Shown here in pieces: positions 48,128 to 57,881 of a DNA stretch of 63,261 nucleotides. Positions within the stretch are counted from its first letter, which is position 1. Each line of letters opens with the position of its first letter. Where the stretch lies: the IMG/VR virus record IMGVR_UViG_3300026156_000001, positions 1 to 63,261 of that record; one strand, 5' to 3'. The translations under genes were made by a program, and so were the position numbers. The DNA is from a virus. Lineage: Duplodnaviria; Caudoviricetes. Below the pieces are notes generated by a model. It worked only from the letters and a program-made list of their open reading frames with translations. It ran no database searches and had not been told where the DNA came from.

Positions 48128-49031
48128 TTTTTAAATTTTTGAATATGTGTGCAATTACATCTACTGTCCAGCTATCCCCTAGCACGCAAGCAGCTTCATT
48201 TTGTGTTAAGTTGTCTGTGTAACCCTTTGGTATATTTTGACAAGATTCACGCTCTCTGTTGTTCATATATCTAACACCTTCGTAAAGGCTCAAATCCATC
48301 CCTTCAACTAATTGGTTAATTTCTTTAGCGTTCTTGCCTTTGAAGTTTTTATTAAAGTGTTCTTTTATTTTATCGAAATGATCTTTATTTTTGAAAATCA
48401 AAGTAGTAAATCCTGTGTTAAAATATCTATGACACATTTTTATAGGTGTGCTTAATGGTCTTGAATCACTTTCTAATAAAGTACGTGCCTTTTTCCTATC
48501 AGAATATCCATCAATAAGGAAATCGTTTAGTTCCAATTTTAAATCATTTGGTTGTTTTATATTTGGGATATTAGTCCAATAAAGTCTGTGTCTTAAATGA
48601 GGTGCCACTTTTTCCGAATTTATAACAATAGGGTCAAATTTTAAAACATTACTAATGAAATCCTGATGTTTTTTCTTCATCCTAACATTTTCAAGTAAAA
48701 ACCACTTAGGTTTCGTTTCCTGTAATAACCTAATATATTCAAAAAACAAGTTACTTTTTACACCGTATAGACCTAATCTTTCTTTATTAGCTGCACTAAA
48801 ATCTTGACAAGGACTACCACCAATTAATAAGTCAATTTTAGGTAAATCTGTGGATTTTATTTTTGTTATGTCTCCTAATCTATTATGGGTATCTTGTGGG
48901 TAATTTTTATTTGCTACTTTGATAGCTGAATTTTTTATTTCACTACTGTAATAATTAGTAACCGGTATATCGGCTTTTTGTAAAGCTATTCTACCACAAC
49001 TCATACCGTCAAATAAACTTAATACATTCAT
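48105..49031 (-). CDS. DNA cytosine-C5 methyltransferase
   Basis: LSLFDGMSCG, GGSPCQD, LLENV, R.RLYW, LGDSW. Confidence 0.93.
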   Translation of the reverse strand: MNVLSLFDGMSCGRIALQKADIPVTNYYSSEIKNSAIKVANKNYPQDTHNRLGDITKIKSTDLPKIDLLIGGSPCQDFSAANKERLGLYGVKSNLFFEYIRLLQETKPKWFLLENVRMKKKHQDFISNVLKFDPIVINSEKVAPHLRHRLYWTNIPNIKQPNDLKLELNDFLIDGYSDRKKARTLLESDSRPLSTPIKMCHRYFNTGFTTLIFKNKDHFDKIKEHFNKNFKGKNAKEINQLVEGMDLSLYEGVRYMNNRERESCQNIPKGYTDNLTQNEAACVLGDSWTVDVIAHIFKNLKNETTKKH

Positions 49032-49033
49032 AA

Positions 49034-49204
49034 CTACAACCCTGTATCGTTTCTAATTATTCTTATTTGTTTACCTAACTCTTTCAATGTTGTTGTAACA
49101 TCTTCGTCTATATCATCCATCATATTTTCAAACAAATCATTTACTAAATCGTGTAGTAAGTTTGTTTTTTCGTTTGTGTAATTGATTCTCTCTTGTGTTA
49201 ACAT
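49034..49204 (-). CDS. small hypothetical protein
   Basis: 56-aa ORF MLTQERINY... filling the gap. Confidence 0.5.
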   Translation of the reverse strand: MLTQERINYTNEKTNLLHDLVNDLFENMMDDIDEDVTTTLKELGKQIRIIRNDTGL

Positions 49205-49206
49205 AC

Positions 49207-49650
49207 TTATTTTAATTTATTTTTAATCAATATTTCAATAACTTGATCGCAATCTTTTTGATTTCTAGGCATGAATACCGCTGGAGGGTTTTTCATTTCA
49301 GACAAAAGTTTTAAAAACATTTTCCAACGTAAAGGAAACGATTCATTTGCTCTACCTTTGCATTCAATAACCCACTTAGGATTTTTTCTTTTATCATTAA
49401 AATCTATAGTGTATGATATTTTTCTAATATCTCTTTTATCTTTTAGTGTTAAACTTCTTTTTTGAGATCTGATATAACAAGGGAAATTTAATTTAATAGG
49501 TGGGTGAATTTCGTAAGTAATCCCCCCCCTTTCAAATTTAAAACCGTTGTTCTTTAGTTGTTTATACATATAAACCTCTAACCCAGAATCAAATTTTATT
49601 CCATCGTAAATCTGTTTTTTTGACCTTACTATTTGTCGTCCTTTTCTCAT
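49207..49650 (-). CDS. PD-(D/E)XK endonuclease (T7 endo I/DUF1064-like, possible junction resolvase)
   Basis: YDGIKFDSGLE, YTIDF, VIECKG. Confidence 0.78.
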   Translation of the reverse strand: MRKGRQIVRSKKQIYDGIKFDSGLEVYMYKQLKNNGFKFERGGITYEIHPPIKLNFPCYIRSQKRSLTLKDKRDIRKISYTIDFNDKRKNPKWVIECKGRANESFPLRWKMFLKLLSEMKNPPAVFMPRNQKDCDQVIEILIKNKLK

Positions 49651-49793
49651 AAAACTTTAATTGTTAACATGATCATAAACAAGACCAATACAATAAGAAA
49701 AACATTTAAGAACAATAGACCTTTATCTGTTATTTCCCAAATCTCTTTTATTGTCATTTTTTTAAGGATTCTAAGAAATTCTTTATTTGTCAT
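49647..49793 (-). CDS. small membrane protein
   Basis: 48-aa ORF with a C-terminal hydrophobic helix; ATGA overlap with the next gene. Confidence 0.45.
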   Translation of the reverse strand: MTNKEFLRILKKMTIKEIWEITDKGLLFLNVFLIVLVLFMIMLTIKVL

Positions 49794-49795
49794 TA

Positions 49796-51880
49796 TTAAT
49801 TGATCTTAACTTTAGGATTACCATATTTCTCAACCAACCAATCCTTAACATACATATCATATTGTTTTTGTGTTGGTTGTTTCATAATACAGAATTTAAT
49901 AAACTTCTCTTCTTGTTTTTCAATCTTCTCTTTTTCTTTCTTCTCTTTGGATTCTCTAGCTAACCTTTCCTTTGTACCATCTATTTTGTGTATGATTTTA
50001 TAACACTCCGCAATATAGTAATTATAATCGACTTTATAATCAGAAAATGAGTCTTTTTTTACATATTTGTTTAATAACTTGACTTTATTGCCTCCTGCTT
50101 CAACTTCAATAATTCTATGTCCGTATTTTTCACCTACATGATGCTTACGTAATGTTAGTCCTTCTGTAGCTATATAGTATCTATTTGTTTTTTGTGTGGG
50201 TATAGATTCATCTATTTCAGAAGAGTACAAATCACAATACCAATCCCCAATCGCTCTAAATGTTTTACAAAAATCATAAATGTTTGTACACTGTTTTATA
50301 GTGTCCTCTACGGGTATGTTTTCTAAGAAGTATTTGTGTAATGCTTCCGTTACTATTGTTTGAGATAGTGATTTATGATACTCCTCGTCTCTAATGGTTT
50401 CGGCGTAAGTTTTAAAAGCACCTTTTGATTTTACTTTACCATCTGTATCAAGAGCGATGTAATTATTCACATCTCTGATAATCATTTTTTTGTATAGTGC
50501 GTATTCTAATGTTAATCCTGTTTTATTCTCCCACTGCTTACAAAGCTCGTACAGTTTGTTTTTTTGATCTTTGGGTATTTTTACAGTTAGACCATCTGTG
50601 TTAATTTGTAGCATGGTTAAATCATTCATGTTACTCATTAACATTTCAGACAACATACATAGTGATAGCTGACCAGCTAAAGTGGTTTTCAATGTGTACA
50701 AAGGATCGTACAACCAACTGTACTCTGAATTACTTTTGCCATAAACGCTGTTCAAGGATAGCTTAAACCCAGTGTTCATTACTTTATCTCCGTTTTTCTT
50801 AGCTTCTAATCTAGGTTTTAATAATCCATATTCGTACACATCTAAAAACTCTTTACCTAAGTGTTTTGGGTAAAGCTTATTAACAATAGCTAAACTAGGG
50901 TATAAACTAGCGACATCAACATCTACAAGAATATGTGTATCTGTAGATTCGTACACCCCAGATTTAATACTACCGTGAATACCTCCTGTACCTAAATCGA
51001 ATATAAAACCTTTATAATTAAAACTATATTTGAAACTACCTTTTAATTCTGTTACTTTAATGGATGATAAATAACTAAGTAAGTCCTTAAAATTGTCTGT
51101 GGTAAAATTTATATACTTCGGAATACATTCTGAAAAATTAAATTCTTTTCTATGTGTTCTTTTTTTTCTAATAATTTTCTCATCAACCCCTAATTCACTA
51201 CAATATAACTTTAACGTTAAATCTTCTCCAATCTTACTATCTGGGAAATTCATACAGTTCAATCCGTATTTTTTGTGAATACCTCTTCTTAGTTCTATTT
51301 TACCTGTGGTTTTCAAGTAAAAATCTAGGGTGGAATCAACATCGTTAAGGTTATAGTCCAGTATCTCTTGAACTTGTTGTTGTGTAGTTATTGTATCCGT
51401 ATGCTTGTATGGCATATCTTGAACATTGTCATAACGCAGGGCGATCTGTAACTTCTTCAAGGAAGTCATTCTAGCGTAATTATCGTAGTGCCATATTTTG
51501 AATAAATCTAATTGTGGGATTTTAACATATTGATCTTTAATAGATGACCATTCTTCTTTGATGACAGATTGTGCTTTTTCGTAGATCGAATCGACCATTT
51601 CGTCAACAGTAAAACACTCCCATTCTGTGTATTCGTTTAATATATAATGTAATACAGGATAATCAAAATCTAAATTGTTAACACCTACCTGACCCCTGAC
51701 GGATTTTAAATGTTTTACTAAATCCTCTATATCGTTCCTTTCATCCTCAAGACTATAATACCAAATGACGTACTGAACTAATTCTTTTGTATCTATGTTT
51801 CGTGCAGTGTAAGTAAAACAGTTACTAAGTGTTTCGATGTCATACACCCATATTTGTCTGTTATTCATAATTAATTTCAT
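49796..51880 (-). CDS. family B DNA polymerase
   Basis: Exo YDIET, NNLDFD, YNLNDV; polymerase DVDVASLYPS, KLSLNSVYGK, QINTDG. Confidence 0.93.
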   Translation of the reverse strand: MKLIMNNRQIWVYDIETLSNCFTYTARNIDTKELVQYVIWYYSLEDERNDIEDLVKHLKSVRGQVGVNNLDFDYPVLHYILNEYTEWECFTVDEMVDSIYEKAQSVIKEEWSSIKDQYVKIPQLDLFKIWHYDNYARMTSLKKLQIALRYDNVQDMPYKHTDTITTQQQVQEILDYNLNDVDSTLDFYLKTTGKIELRRGIHKKYGLNCMNFPDSKIGEDLTLKLYCSELGVDEKIIRKKRTHRKEFNFSECIPKYINFTTDNFKDLLSYLSSIKVTELKGSFKYSFNYKGFIFDLGTGGIHGSIKSGVYESTDTHILVDVDVASLYPSLAIVNKLYPKHLGKEFLDVYEYGLLKPRLEAKKNGDKVMNTGFKLSLNSVYGKSNSEYSWLYDPLYTLKTTLAGQLSLCMLSEMLMSNMNDLTMLQINTDGLTVKIPKDQKNKLYELCKQWENKTGLTLEYALYKKMIIRDVNNYIALDTDGKVKSKGAFKTYAETIRDEEYHKSLSQTIVTEALHKYFLENIPVEDTIKQCTNIYDFCKTFRAIGDWYCDLYSSEIDESIPTQKTNRYYIATEGLTLRKHHVGEKYGHRIIEVEAGGNKVKLLNKYVKKDSFSDYKVDYNYYIAECYKIIHKIDGTKERLARESKEKKEKEKIEKQEEKFIKFCIMKQPTQKQYDMYVKDWLVEKYGNPKVKIN

Positions 51881-52209
51881 ATAAATCCTAGATTTACAGA
51901 CATATCCTTATCGTTATCAAAAATACCGTAAGAAATACCCCCATTTAGTTTAGTAGAATTACTGTCACCTGTTATCATAGGTGTAGAACAAGCATTCAAC
52001 TTGGTTATTTCATTGTCACCGTTGAAAATAATATTAACTCTTAACTCTTTATTGTCTATGTATTTTATGATACTGACCCATGAAGCACTTCCATCACTAA
52101 AACCATCCGATTCTACTTTATATTCTGATTTAGACAACGATTGTTCTATTAAAGACCTCATTGTTACCTCTTCTGACTCTCCTTTTTTATTTTTAATGTA
52201 TATTTTCAT
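51877..52209 (-). CDS. hypothetical protein ending in a 20-aa capsid-derived peptide
   Basis: C-terminal GGISYGIFDNDKDMSVNLGF is identical to the capsid protein; coupled to groEL and polB. Confidence 0.75.
   Translation of the reverse strand: MKIYIKNKKGESEEVTMRSLIEQSLSKSEYKVESDGFSDGSASWVSIIKYIDNKELRVNIIFNGDNEITKLNACSTPMITGDSNSTKLNGGISYGIFDNDKDMSVNLGFI
51882..51939 (-). repeat. inverted copy of capsid gene 23911-23968
   Basis: Reverse complement is 58/58 identical. Confidence 0.95.
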
Positions 52210-53816
52210 TATTTATCTTTAAAATCAGAGACAGTAGCCTCTGTGGTTAATATCATTGTTGCAATAGAAGCTGCGGATTCTAATGCGACTCTAGTAACTT
52301 TTTTAGGGTCTATCACACCAGCTTTCAATAAGTTTTCGTAATTATCTGTTTTGAGGTTATAACCTAAAGGATAAGAAGCGAAAGGTATATTCTTTAATAT
52401 TTTAGATGGTTTTAATCCAGCATTACTTAAAATCTTATCGATAGGGGACTTTAGAGATTTCAATAGAATATTCATCCCTTTCTTTATGTCTTTATTCTCC
52501 TCTTCCGTTATCGCATCGAACTCTAAAACAATAGACGCATCTAGTAATGCTATACCTCCTCCTGCGACAACACCTTCTTCTATAGCTGCTTTTGTTGCTG
52601 ATAATGCATCATCTATTCTATCTTTCTTTTCGTTCATCTCCACCTCTGTATTTGCACCAACATATATTACGGCTACACCTCCAACTAATTTGGCTATACG
52701 ATCTCTTAGGTCTTTTTCATCTACTTCGTGTTTGCAGTTTTCTGCTTGTTGTGTTAAATCATCAATTTGTTTTTTGATTAGTGTACTGTCCCCACCACCT
52801 TTTATGAGAGTGGTTCTTTCAGAATCAACTACAATTTTCTCTACCGAACCAAACATTGATTGATTAAATTTATCTACAGTATTCCCAGTATTCTCTGATA
52901 CTAATGTACTCCCTGTTAATACACATAGATCATTGACAAAATTAGTTCTTTTGTCTTGATAGGAAGGTGCTTTTATAGGTATAATCCTAGAGTTCCCTTT
53001 TAATTTATTATGTACTAGAGTTCCGATCACCTCTCCTTCAAAATCATGTGCTACAATTACTAGTGGTCTCTTTAGTTCTATAGATGCGTTTATGATAGGT
53101 AATATATCTTTTGCACTTGCTACCTTACCATCATAAAATATAATTAGTGGATTCTCATATTCTGCTGTTAATTTCTTAGGGTTTGTTACAAAATATGGTG
53201 ATAACAATCCATTGATGAATTGGGTTCCTTCTACCAATTCTACATAGGTTTTAGTATCTTTAGATTCTTCGACTCTGATTACCCCTTCTTTACCGACCTT
53301 ATCAAATGCTTTAGAGATAATCTCTCCTATGTACTCATCTCCGTTTGCTGAAATACAAGCTATGTTTTTCAAATCGTCTTTATCGGTTACTTTTTCAGAA
53401 ACAAAATCTAGTTCTTTTACTACGATATCCACAGCTTTATCGATGCCTCTTTTTAAATCCATAAGATTTACATGGCGAAAAAATGGTAGTTTAGATCTGT
53501 TGATTACTTTAATACCCTCATTAACAATACTTTTTGCTAGTACACAAGTGGTTGTTGTTCCATCCCCTGCTAGATCAACTGTTTTACTAGCTCCTTCGAT
53601 GAGTAATTGCCCACCCATGTTTTCTACAAAATCTGGTAGGGATATGCTCCTAGCTACAGTAACACCATCTTTAGTTACATGAGGATTACCGTAATTGTTT
53701 TGTAGTATTACGTTCCTACCTTTTGCACCAAGAGTTACTCCCACAGCATCGGCTACTTTATTAAGTCCTGTTTGTAGTTTTTTCCTAGATTCTTTGTTGA
53801 ATTTAATTTCTTTCAT
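52209..53816 (-). CDS. groEL: chaperonin GroEL (phage-encoded)
   Basis: VTLGAKGRNV, TKDGVTVA, GDGTTT, GGVAVIYVG, EEGVVAGGG, GVIDPKKVTR; no GGM tail. Confidence 0.96.
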   Translation of the reverse strand: MKEIKFNKESRKKLQTGLNKVADAVGVTLGAKGRNVILQNNYGNPHVTKDGVTVARSISLPDFVENMGGQLLIEGASKTVDLAGDGTTTTCVLAKSIVNEGIKVINRSKLPFFRHVNLMDLKRGIDKAVDIVVKELDFVSEKVTDKDDLKNIACISANGDEYIGEIISKAFDKVGKEGVIRVEESKDTKTYVELVEGTQFINGLLSPYFVTNPKKLTAEYENPLIIFYDGKVASAKDILPIINASIELKRPLVIVAHDFEGEVIGTLVHNKLKGNSRIIPIKAPSYQDKRTNFVNDLCVLTGSTLVSENTGNTVDKFNQSMFGSVEKIVVDSERTTLIKGGGDSTLIKKQIDDLTQQAENCKHEVDEKDLRDRIAKLVGGVAVIYVGANTEVEMNEKKDRIDDALSATKAAIEEGVVAGGGIALLDASIVLEFDAITEEENKDIKKGMNILLKSLKSPIDKILSNAGLKPSKILKNIPFASYPLGYNLKTDNYENLLKAGVIDPKKVTRVALESAASIATMILTTEATVSDFKDK

Positions 53817-53879
53817 TTTTGTTTAAATTTTTGATTTTTAATGATGGTTGTTTTATAAAGAAGTTGTAAAGAATTAATA

Positions 53880-54197
53880 CTACTTTCTGCGTATTAAATC
53901 ACTTTCGATTCTCAATTCTTTCATAAACTCATACATCTTGTCCTTATCGTTCTTCTCATATATTTCTGTAAGTTTCTGCCAATTGTCAATATAGGGTTTC
54001 CAATACGGTAGATCTCTTGATATTTTTTGCAAATCTTGTTCTGTAATATTACACAGCTTTACAAATTTGTAACATCTACTAAAATCGTCAGGGTCATAAG
54101 GTTTATCTCCTGTATAATCAATCCCTTGTAATACCGCCCACATTGTTTTTGAGCTAATTCCAACACTACCGTTTAATATCCATTCATTTAAAGTCAT
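53880..54197 (-). CDS. hypothetical protein
   Basis: W...G.VGISSKT...PYDPDDFSRC pattern. Confidence 0.72.
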   Translation of the reverse strand: MTLNEWILNGSVGISSKTMWAVLQGIDYTGDKPYDPDDFSRCYKFVKLCNITEQDLQKISRDLPYWKPYIDNWQKLTEIYEKNDKDKMYEFMKELRIESDLIRRK

Positions 54198-54286
54198 TTT
54201 TTATTATATTTTCAGGGGGGTTATTTATTGTAGATTATGTATTGTAGTTTAATCGCAGTATTTATATACCTATTCGTTGTGTATAA

Positions 54287-54514
54287 TTAAACAACATTAT
54301 TAAAGTCATCTACACTTCTAATAACTCTATCAAAACATTGTTCGTCTTCATCTACTTCGTCTAGTTCATCGTACACGATGTAATTTCTAAAGTAACTTTC
54401 TTCAAAGTCAAGTAATATACTTGCTAGTTGTTCGTTTGTACATCTATAAACTTTACTTACGATTACCTCTAGTGCAGTTTCTCTATCTATGTCATAAGTG
54501 CTTTTTATTCCCAT
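54287..54514 (-). CDS. hypothetical protein
   Basis: 75-aa ORF whose stop abuts an attC-like half site (54255-54287). Confidence 0.65.
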   Translation of the reverse strand: MGIKSTYDIDRETALEVIVSKVYRCTNEQLASILLDFEESYFRNYIVYDELDEVDEDEQCFDRVIRSVDDFNNVV

Positions 54515-54605
54515 GTTGTGTTTATTTAAAAGGTTATTAATTGTTAATTAGTTATAAGTTATTCGTAAACAAAGATTTTCGTTTTATTAAGAAATCATAA
54601 GTAAT

Positions 54606-54702
54606 TGAAAGTTGTGGTTGGAGTTCATCCCAACGTACCTCCGTCCCACGGGTTGGTTACCGTGCTAGGTGCTCCTATACTTTCTGAGCTACACAACTTT
54701 CA
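54606..54702 (-). ncRNA. tRNA-like RNA with aberrant anticodon arm and no CCA
   Basis: Minus strand: TGAAAGTTGTG-TA-GCTC(11-nt loop)GAGC-ACCT-AG-CACGG(TAACCAAC)CCGTG-GGACGG-AGGT-AC-GTTGG(GATGAACT)CCAAC-CACAACTTTCA. Confidence 0.7.
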
Positions 54703-54730
54703 TAACTACTTATTTATATATTTTGAGTTT

Positions 54731-55162
54731 TTATTTACCTGTAGAACCAAAACCACCAGCACCTCTGTCTGTTTCTTCAAGCATTTCCACTTGATTCCAG
54801 CTGATTTTTTCGTGTTTGGCTATCACCATTTGAGCGATTCTGTCTCCATCGTTTATGGTAAACGGCTCATTGGAAAGGTTTACCAAAATGACTGCAATCT
54901 CACCACGGTAGTCTGCATCTATTGTGCCAGGAGCGTTAAGCACAGTAATCCCTTTTTTGGCAGCGAGTCCGCTTCTTGGACGAACCTGTGCCTCTGTTCC
55001 TATGGGTAGTGCTACAAACAATCCTGTTTTTACAAAGGTTCTTTCTAGCGGTTTGATAGTCAAAGACTCCTCTAAATTTGCTCTTAAGTCCATGCCTGCA
55101 GCTGCAATGGTTTCATAGCTTGGCAATTCGTGCTTTGATTTGTTAATGACTTGGATTTTCAT
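54731..55162 (-). CDS. dut: dUTPase
   Basis: [42 protein letters not shown]. Confidence 0.97.
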   Translation of the reverse strand: MKIQVINKSKHELPSYETIAAAGMDLRANLEESLTIKPLERTFVKTGLFVALPIGTEAQVRPRSGLAAKKGITVLNAPGTIDADYRGEIAVILVNLSNEPFTINDGDRIAQMVIAKHEKISWNQVEMLEETDRGAGGFGSTGK

Positions 55163-55529
55163 TTTTTGTTATTTCAACTTTTATATCTTCAAGATTTACA
55201 GAGTTTAACTGACTTATAAAATCTTCATATTCTTCTTTTGAAACTTTTTTACCTTTTACCTTATAATAACCATCTGAATCTTTATAAGCTATTTGATAAC
55301 CATTTTTGTCTAGGGTATATTTATATGAAAAACCATCTGAATTTTCATAAGTTAAAAGATGACCTCTTTCATCTCGGGTGCATTCGTATGAATAACCATC
55401 TGAATTTTGAAAATTTAAAGGTTTACCATTTTCATCGTAATTTTCTTCACATAAAACACCTCTAAGTTCATACTTATGATAAGCTACTACGTCTGATTGT
55501 TTGTGGTAAGTTTTGAGTATTGTTTTCAT
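55143..55529 (-). CDS. beta-hairpin repeat protein, paralog of 1462-1779
   Basis: [10 protein letters not shown]; [14 protein letters not shown] / [14 protein letters not shown] / [14 protein letters not shown]. Confidence 0.72.
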   Translation of the reverse strand: MKTILKTYHKQSDVVAYHKYELRGVLCEENYDENGKPLNFQNSDGYSYECTRDERGHLLTYENSDGFSYKYTLDKNGYQIAYKDSDGYYKVKGKKVSKEEYEDFISQLNSVNLEDIKVEITKNENPSH

Positions 55530-55560
55530 TTTGATTTTATTTATTTTAATTGTTGTACTG

Positions 55561-55599
55561 CAAATATATTAAAGAATATTAACAAAACAAAGATTTTTT
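55561..55599 (-). promoter_or_regulatory. Bacteroidota promoter, duplicated at 55931-55969
   Basis: TTG(55590-55588)-N19-TATATTTG(55568-55561); about 38 bp near-identical to the second copy. Confidence 0.78.
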
Positions 55600-55624
55600 C
55601 ATTTTTTGTTTTTTATTTTCATTA

Positions 55625-55903
55625 TTAAACCAAACGATCAATTCCTTTTTCAAGGCTTTCTACGCTCCATGCCCAAACTCCAAAGTCTTTTGATTTAGGA
55701 TATACTTCTTTTTTATCAGTTTCGCTGTATATGCGATTTTCAAAGTCTATACAAATTGGTGTTTCTTTTCTATAAAAGGCTTCAAAGTGGTTTCCATTAT
55801 CAACACTGTAAACATATCCGTTCTCATTTTCAAAAACCTTAGTAAATAGAGAGCCTTTTACATCTCCTTTGCCTTTAATTCTATTTGGAAGTTTTGTAAT
55901 CAT
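55625..55903 (-). CDS. hypothetical protein
   Basis: 92 aa, YPKSKDFGVWAW. Confidence 0.7.
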   Translation of the reverse strand: MITKLPNRIKGKGDVKGSLFTKVFENENGYVYSVDNGNHFEAFYRKETPICIDFENRIYSETDKKEVYPKSKDFGVWAWSVESLEKGIDRLV

Positions 55904-55930
55904 AGATAATATTGTTTTAAATTATTAATG

Positions 55931-55969
55931 TAAATATATTAAACAATATTAACAAAACAAAGATTTTTT
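55931..55969 (-). promoter_or_regulatory. Bacteroidota promoter, second copy
   Basis: TTG(55960-55958)-N19-TATATTTA(55938-55931). Confidence 0.72.
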
Positions 55970-56199
55970 TATTTTTTAATAAAAAAAATTCTACCATTGG
56001 AACACCTGAATTTATTAGCAGAGATATGAAAGTAATACTTATCTACCCCTCCATGATCCCTACAATAATATTCAGATTCGTTAATATCTTCTGTATCAAC
56101 ATAAATAAAATTATTTATTAGTATCAAAGATATAACTACAGATAATAGTATTAATAATACTGTATCCGATAAGCCTTTTGGTTTTGTTTCATTACCCAA
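55969..56199 (-). CDS. small membrane-anchored protein
   Basis: TM segment then C.DHGGV...CSNG; non-ATG start uncertain. Confidence 0.5.
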   Translation of the reverse strand: MGNETKPKGLSDTVLLILLSVVISLILINNFIYVDTEDINESEYYCRDHGGVDKYYFHISANKFRCSNGRIFFIKK

Positions 56200-56214
56200 A
56201 ACAAGGTTTATTAT

Positions 56215-57861
56215 TTAGCTTTCGCAACTATTGCAATTTACTAGGTTGGTTATGAACTCTTTAGAAACACTCTGACTTCTTTGGTAATAAAGTGTTTTTA
56301 TACCTAGTTTCCAAGCCTCAATCAACAATTTATTAACTTCTTTTATTGGTAGGTTGGATGGAATGTTAATGTTTAAACTTTGTGATTGATCTATGAATTT
56401 TTGTCTTATAGATGCTTGTTGTATGATTTCTAATTGGTTTATTTCTTTGAATGTTTTGAATACTAGTTTTTCTTCGTTTGTTAAACTAGTCAAATGTTGT
56501 ACGCTCCCGTGATTAAGCATTATACTACGCCATGTTTCGTCGTTGTTAATACCTTTATCTTCTAACAAATTAGTTAAGTATTTGTTCTTCCTCATGAAGT
56601 TCCCCTTAGCTAAACCTGCCTTATAGTAATTACTACTAAATGGCTCAATCCCTGGTGATGATTGACCTAATATTGCTGATGATGATGTTGTAGGGGCGAT
56701 AGCTAATAATGTGGTATTTCTTAGTCCGTATCCTTCTAACAATTTAGGTTCTCCATATATGCTAGCTAATTCTTTAGTAGCTTCGTCTGCTTTACATTTA
56801 ATGTCGGAGAATATACTGTGTGTTAATTGTTTAGCTTCCATACCCTCGAAAGGTATCATATTTTTTTGTAGATATGAGTGCCAGCCTAATACACCTAAAC
56901 CTAATGCTCTGTGGTTTCTTGCAAACCTATGAGCGGATTGAAGATAGTGATTGTTTTTGGTTTTATTAATAAACTCTTGCATTACCGCATCTAAAAAATA
57001 AGTGGCGGTTTTTACAGCATCTGTGTCCTTCCATTCGTCATATAATTCCAAATTCATTGATGATAAACAACAAACAAAAGATTCTTGTTCGTTTGAGGGT
57101 AAACATATTTCTGAACAAAGGTTACTAGCATTTATAGACATTGATTCATCTTTATATACTTGTGGTTTATTCTTATTCACATTATCTGTAAAAAAGATAT
57201 AAGGTAAGCCCTTTTCTTGTCTGCTTTCGAGTACCTTTGCCCAAACCTCTCTTTTGTTGTTATCCCCATCGATCATTTCTTTCATCCAATAATCTGGAAT
57301 ACAAACACCAAAGAATAAATTTTGTAATTTACTACCTATGTCTTTTATAGTTAAAAACTCTAAAATATCTGGGTGATCTATATCTAAATACGCCGCAAAG
57401 GCACCTCTTCTCACGCCACCTTGCGAGATGGTATCCATAGTAGTATCAAAAAGTTTCATAAAGGAAACAGCTCCACTACTTCTACCATTATCGGTTACTG
57501 TAGTTCCTCTACCTCTTAACTCTCCAAAATATCCTGAGGTTCCCCCTCCGATCTTAGTTTGCATGATTACCTCGCCGAGCTTGTGTGTAATCCCTTCTAT
57601 TGTGTCAGGAACATGAACATTAAAACAGGAGATAGGTAATCCTCTTTCTGTTCCCATGTTTGCCCAAACAGGTGAACTTAAACTCATCCAACCGTTTTCT
57701 ATTAGCTCGATGAATGAGTCTTTTAGTTCGGGTTTGAATAATCTTTTAGATGCTGCTGTAGCTACTCGCTCTATTGCACCTTGTACTGTTTCTCCATTTA
57801 GTAAGTAACCACGATTAAGCATTTGCTCACTTTCGTCATTAAACCACCATAACTTTTTCAT
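56215..57861 (-). CDS. nrdA: class I ribonucleotide reductase alpha subunit (no ATP cone)
   Basis: LPISCF, GGGTS, QGGVRRG, SNLCSEI, AIAPT, DQSQSLN, KTLYYQR, C-terminal CxxC. Confidence 0.95.
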   Translation of the reverse strand: MKKLWWFNDESEQMLNRGYLLNGETVQGAIERVATAASKRLFKPELKDSFIELIENGWMSLSSPVWANMGTERGLPISCFNVHVPDTIEGITHKLGEVIMQTKIGGGTSGYFGELRGRGTTVTDNGRSSGAVSFMKLFDTTMDTISQGGVRRGAFAAYLDIDHPDILEFLTIKDIGSKLQNLFFGVCIPDYWMKEMIDGDNNKREVWAKVLESRQEKGLPYIFFTDNVNKNKPQVYKDESMSINASNLCSEICLPSNEQESFVCCLSSMNLELYDEWKDTDAVKTATYFLDAVMQEFINKTKNNHYLQSAHRFARNHRALGLGVLGWHSYLQKNMIPFEGMEAKQLTHSIFSDIKCKADEATKELASIYGEPKLLEGYGLRNTTLLAIAPTTSSSAILGQSSPGIEPFSSNYYKAGLAKGNFMRKNKYLTNLLEDKGINNDETWRSIMLNHGSVQHLTSLTNEEKLVFKTFKEINQLEIIQQASIRQKFIDQSQSLNINIPSNLPIKEVNKLLIEAWKLGIKTLYYQRSQSVSKEFITNLVNCNSCES

Positions 57862-57881
57862 ATTTTTTATTTTATTTGATT

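Noticed and set aside
54606-54702. Functional canonical tRNA gene
   Set aside because: No TTC T loop, no 7-nt anticodon loop on a 5-bp stem at the normal position, no CCA; kept as a tRNA-like RNA
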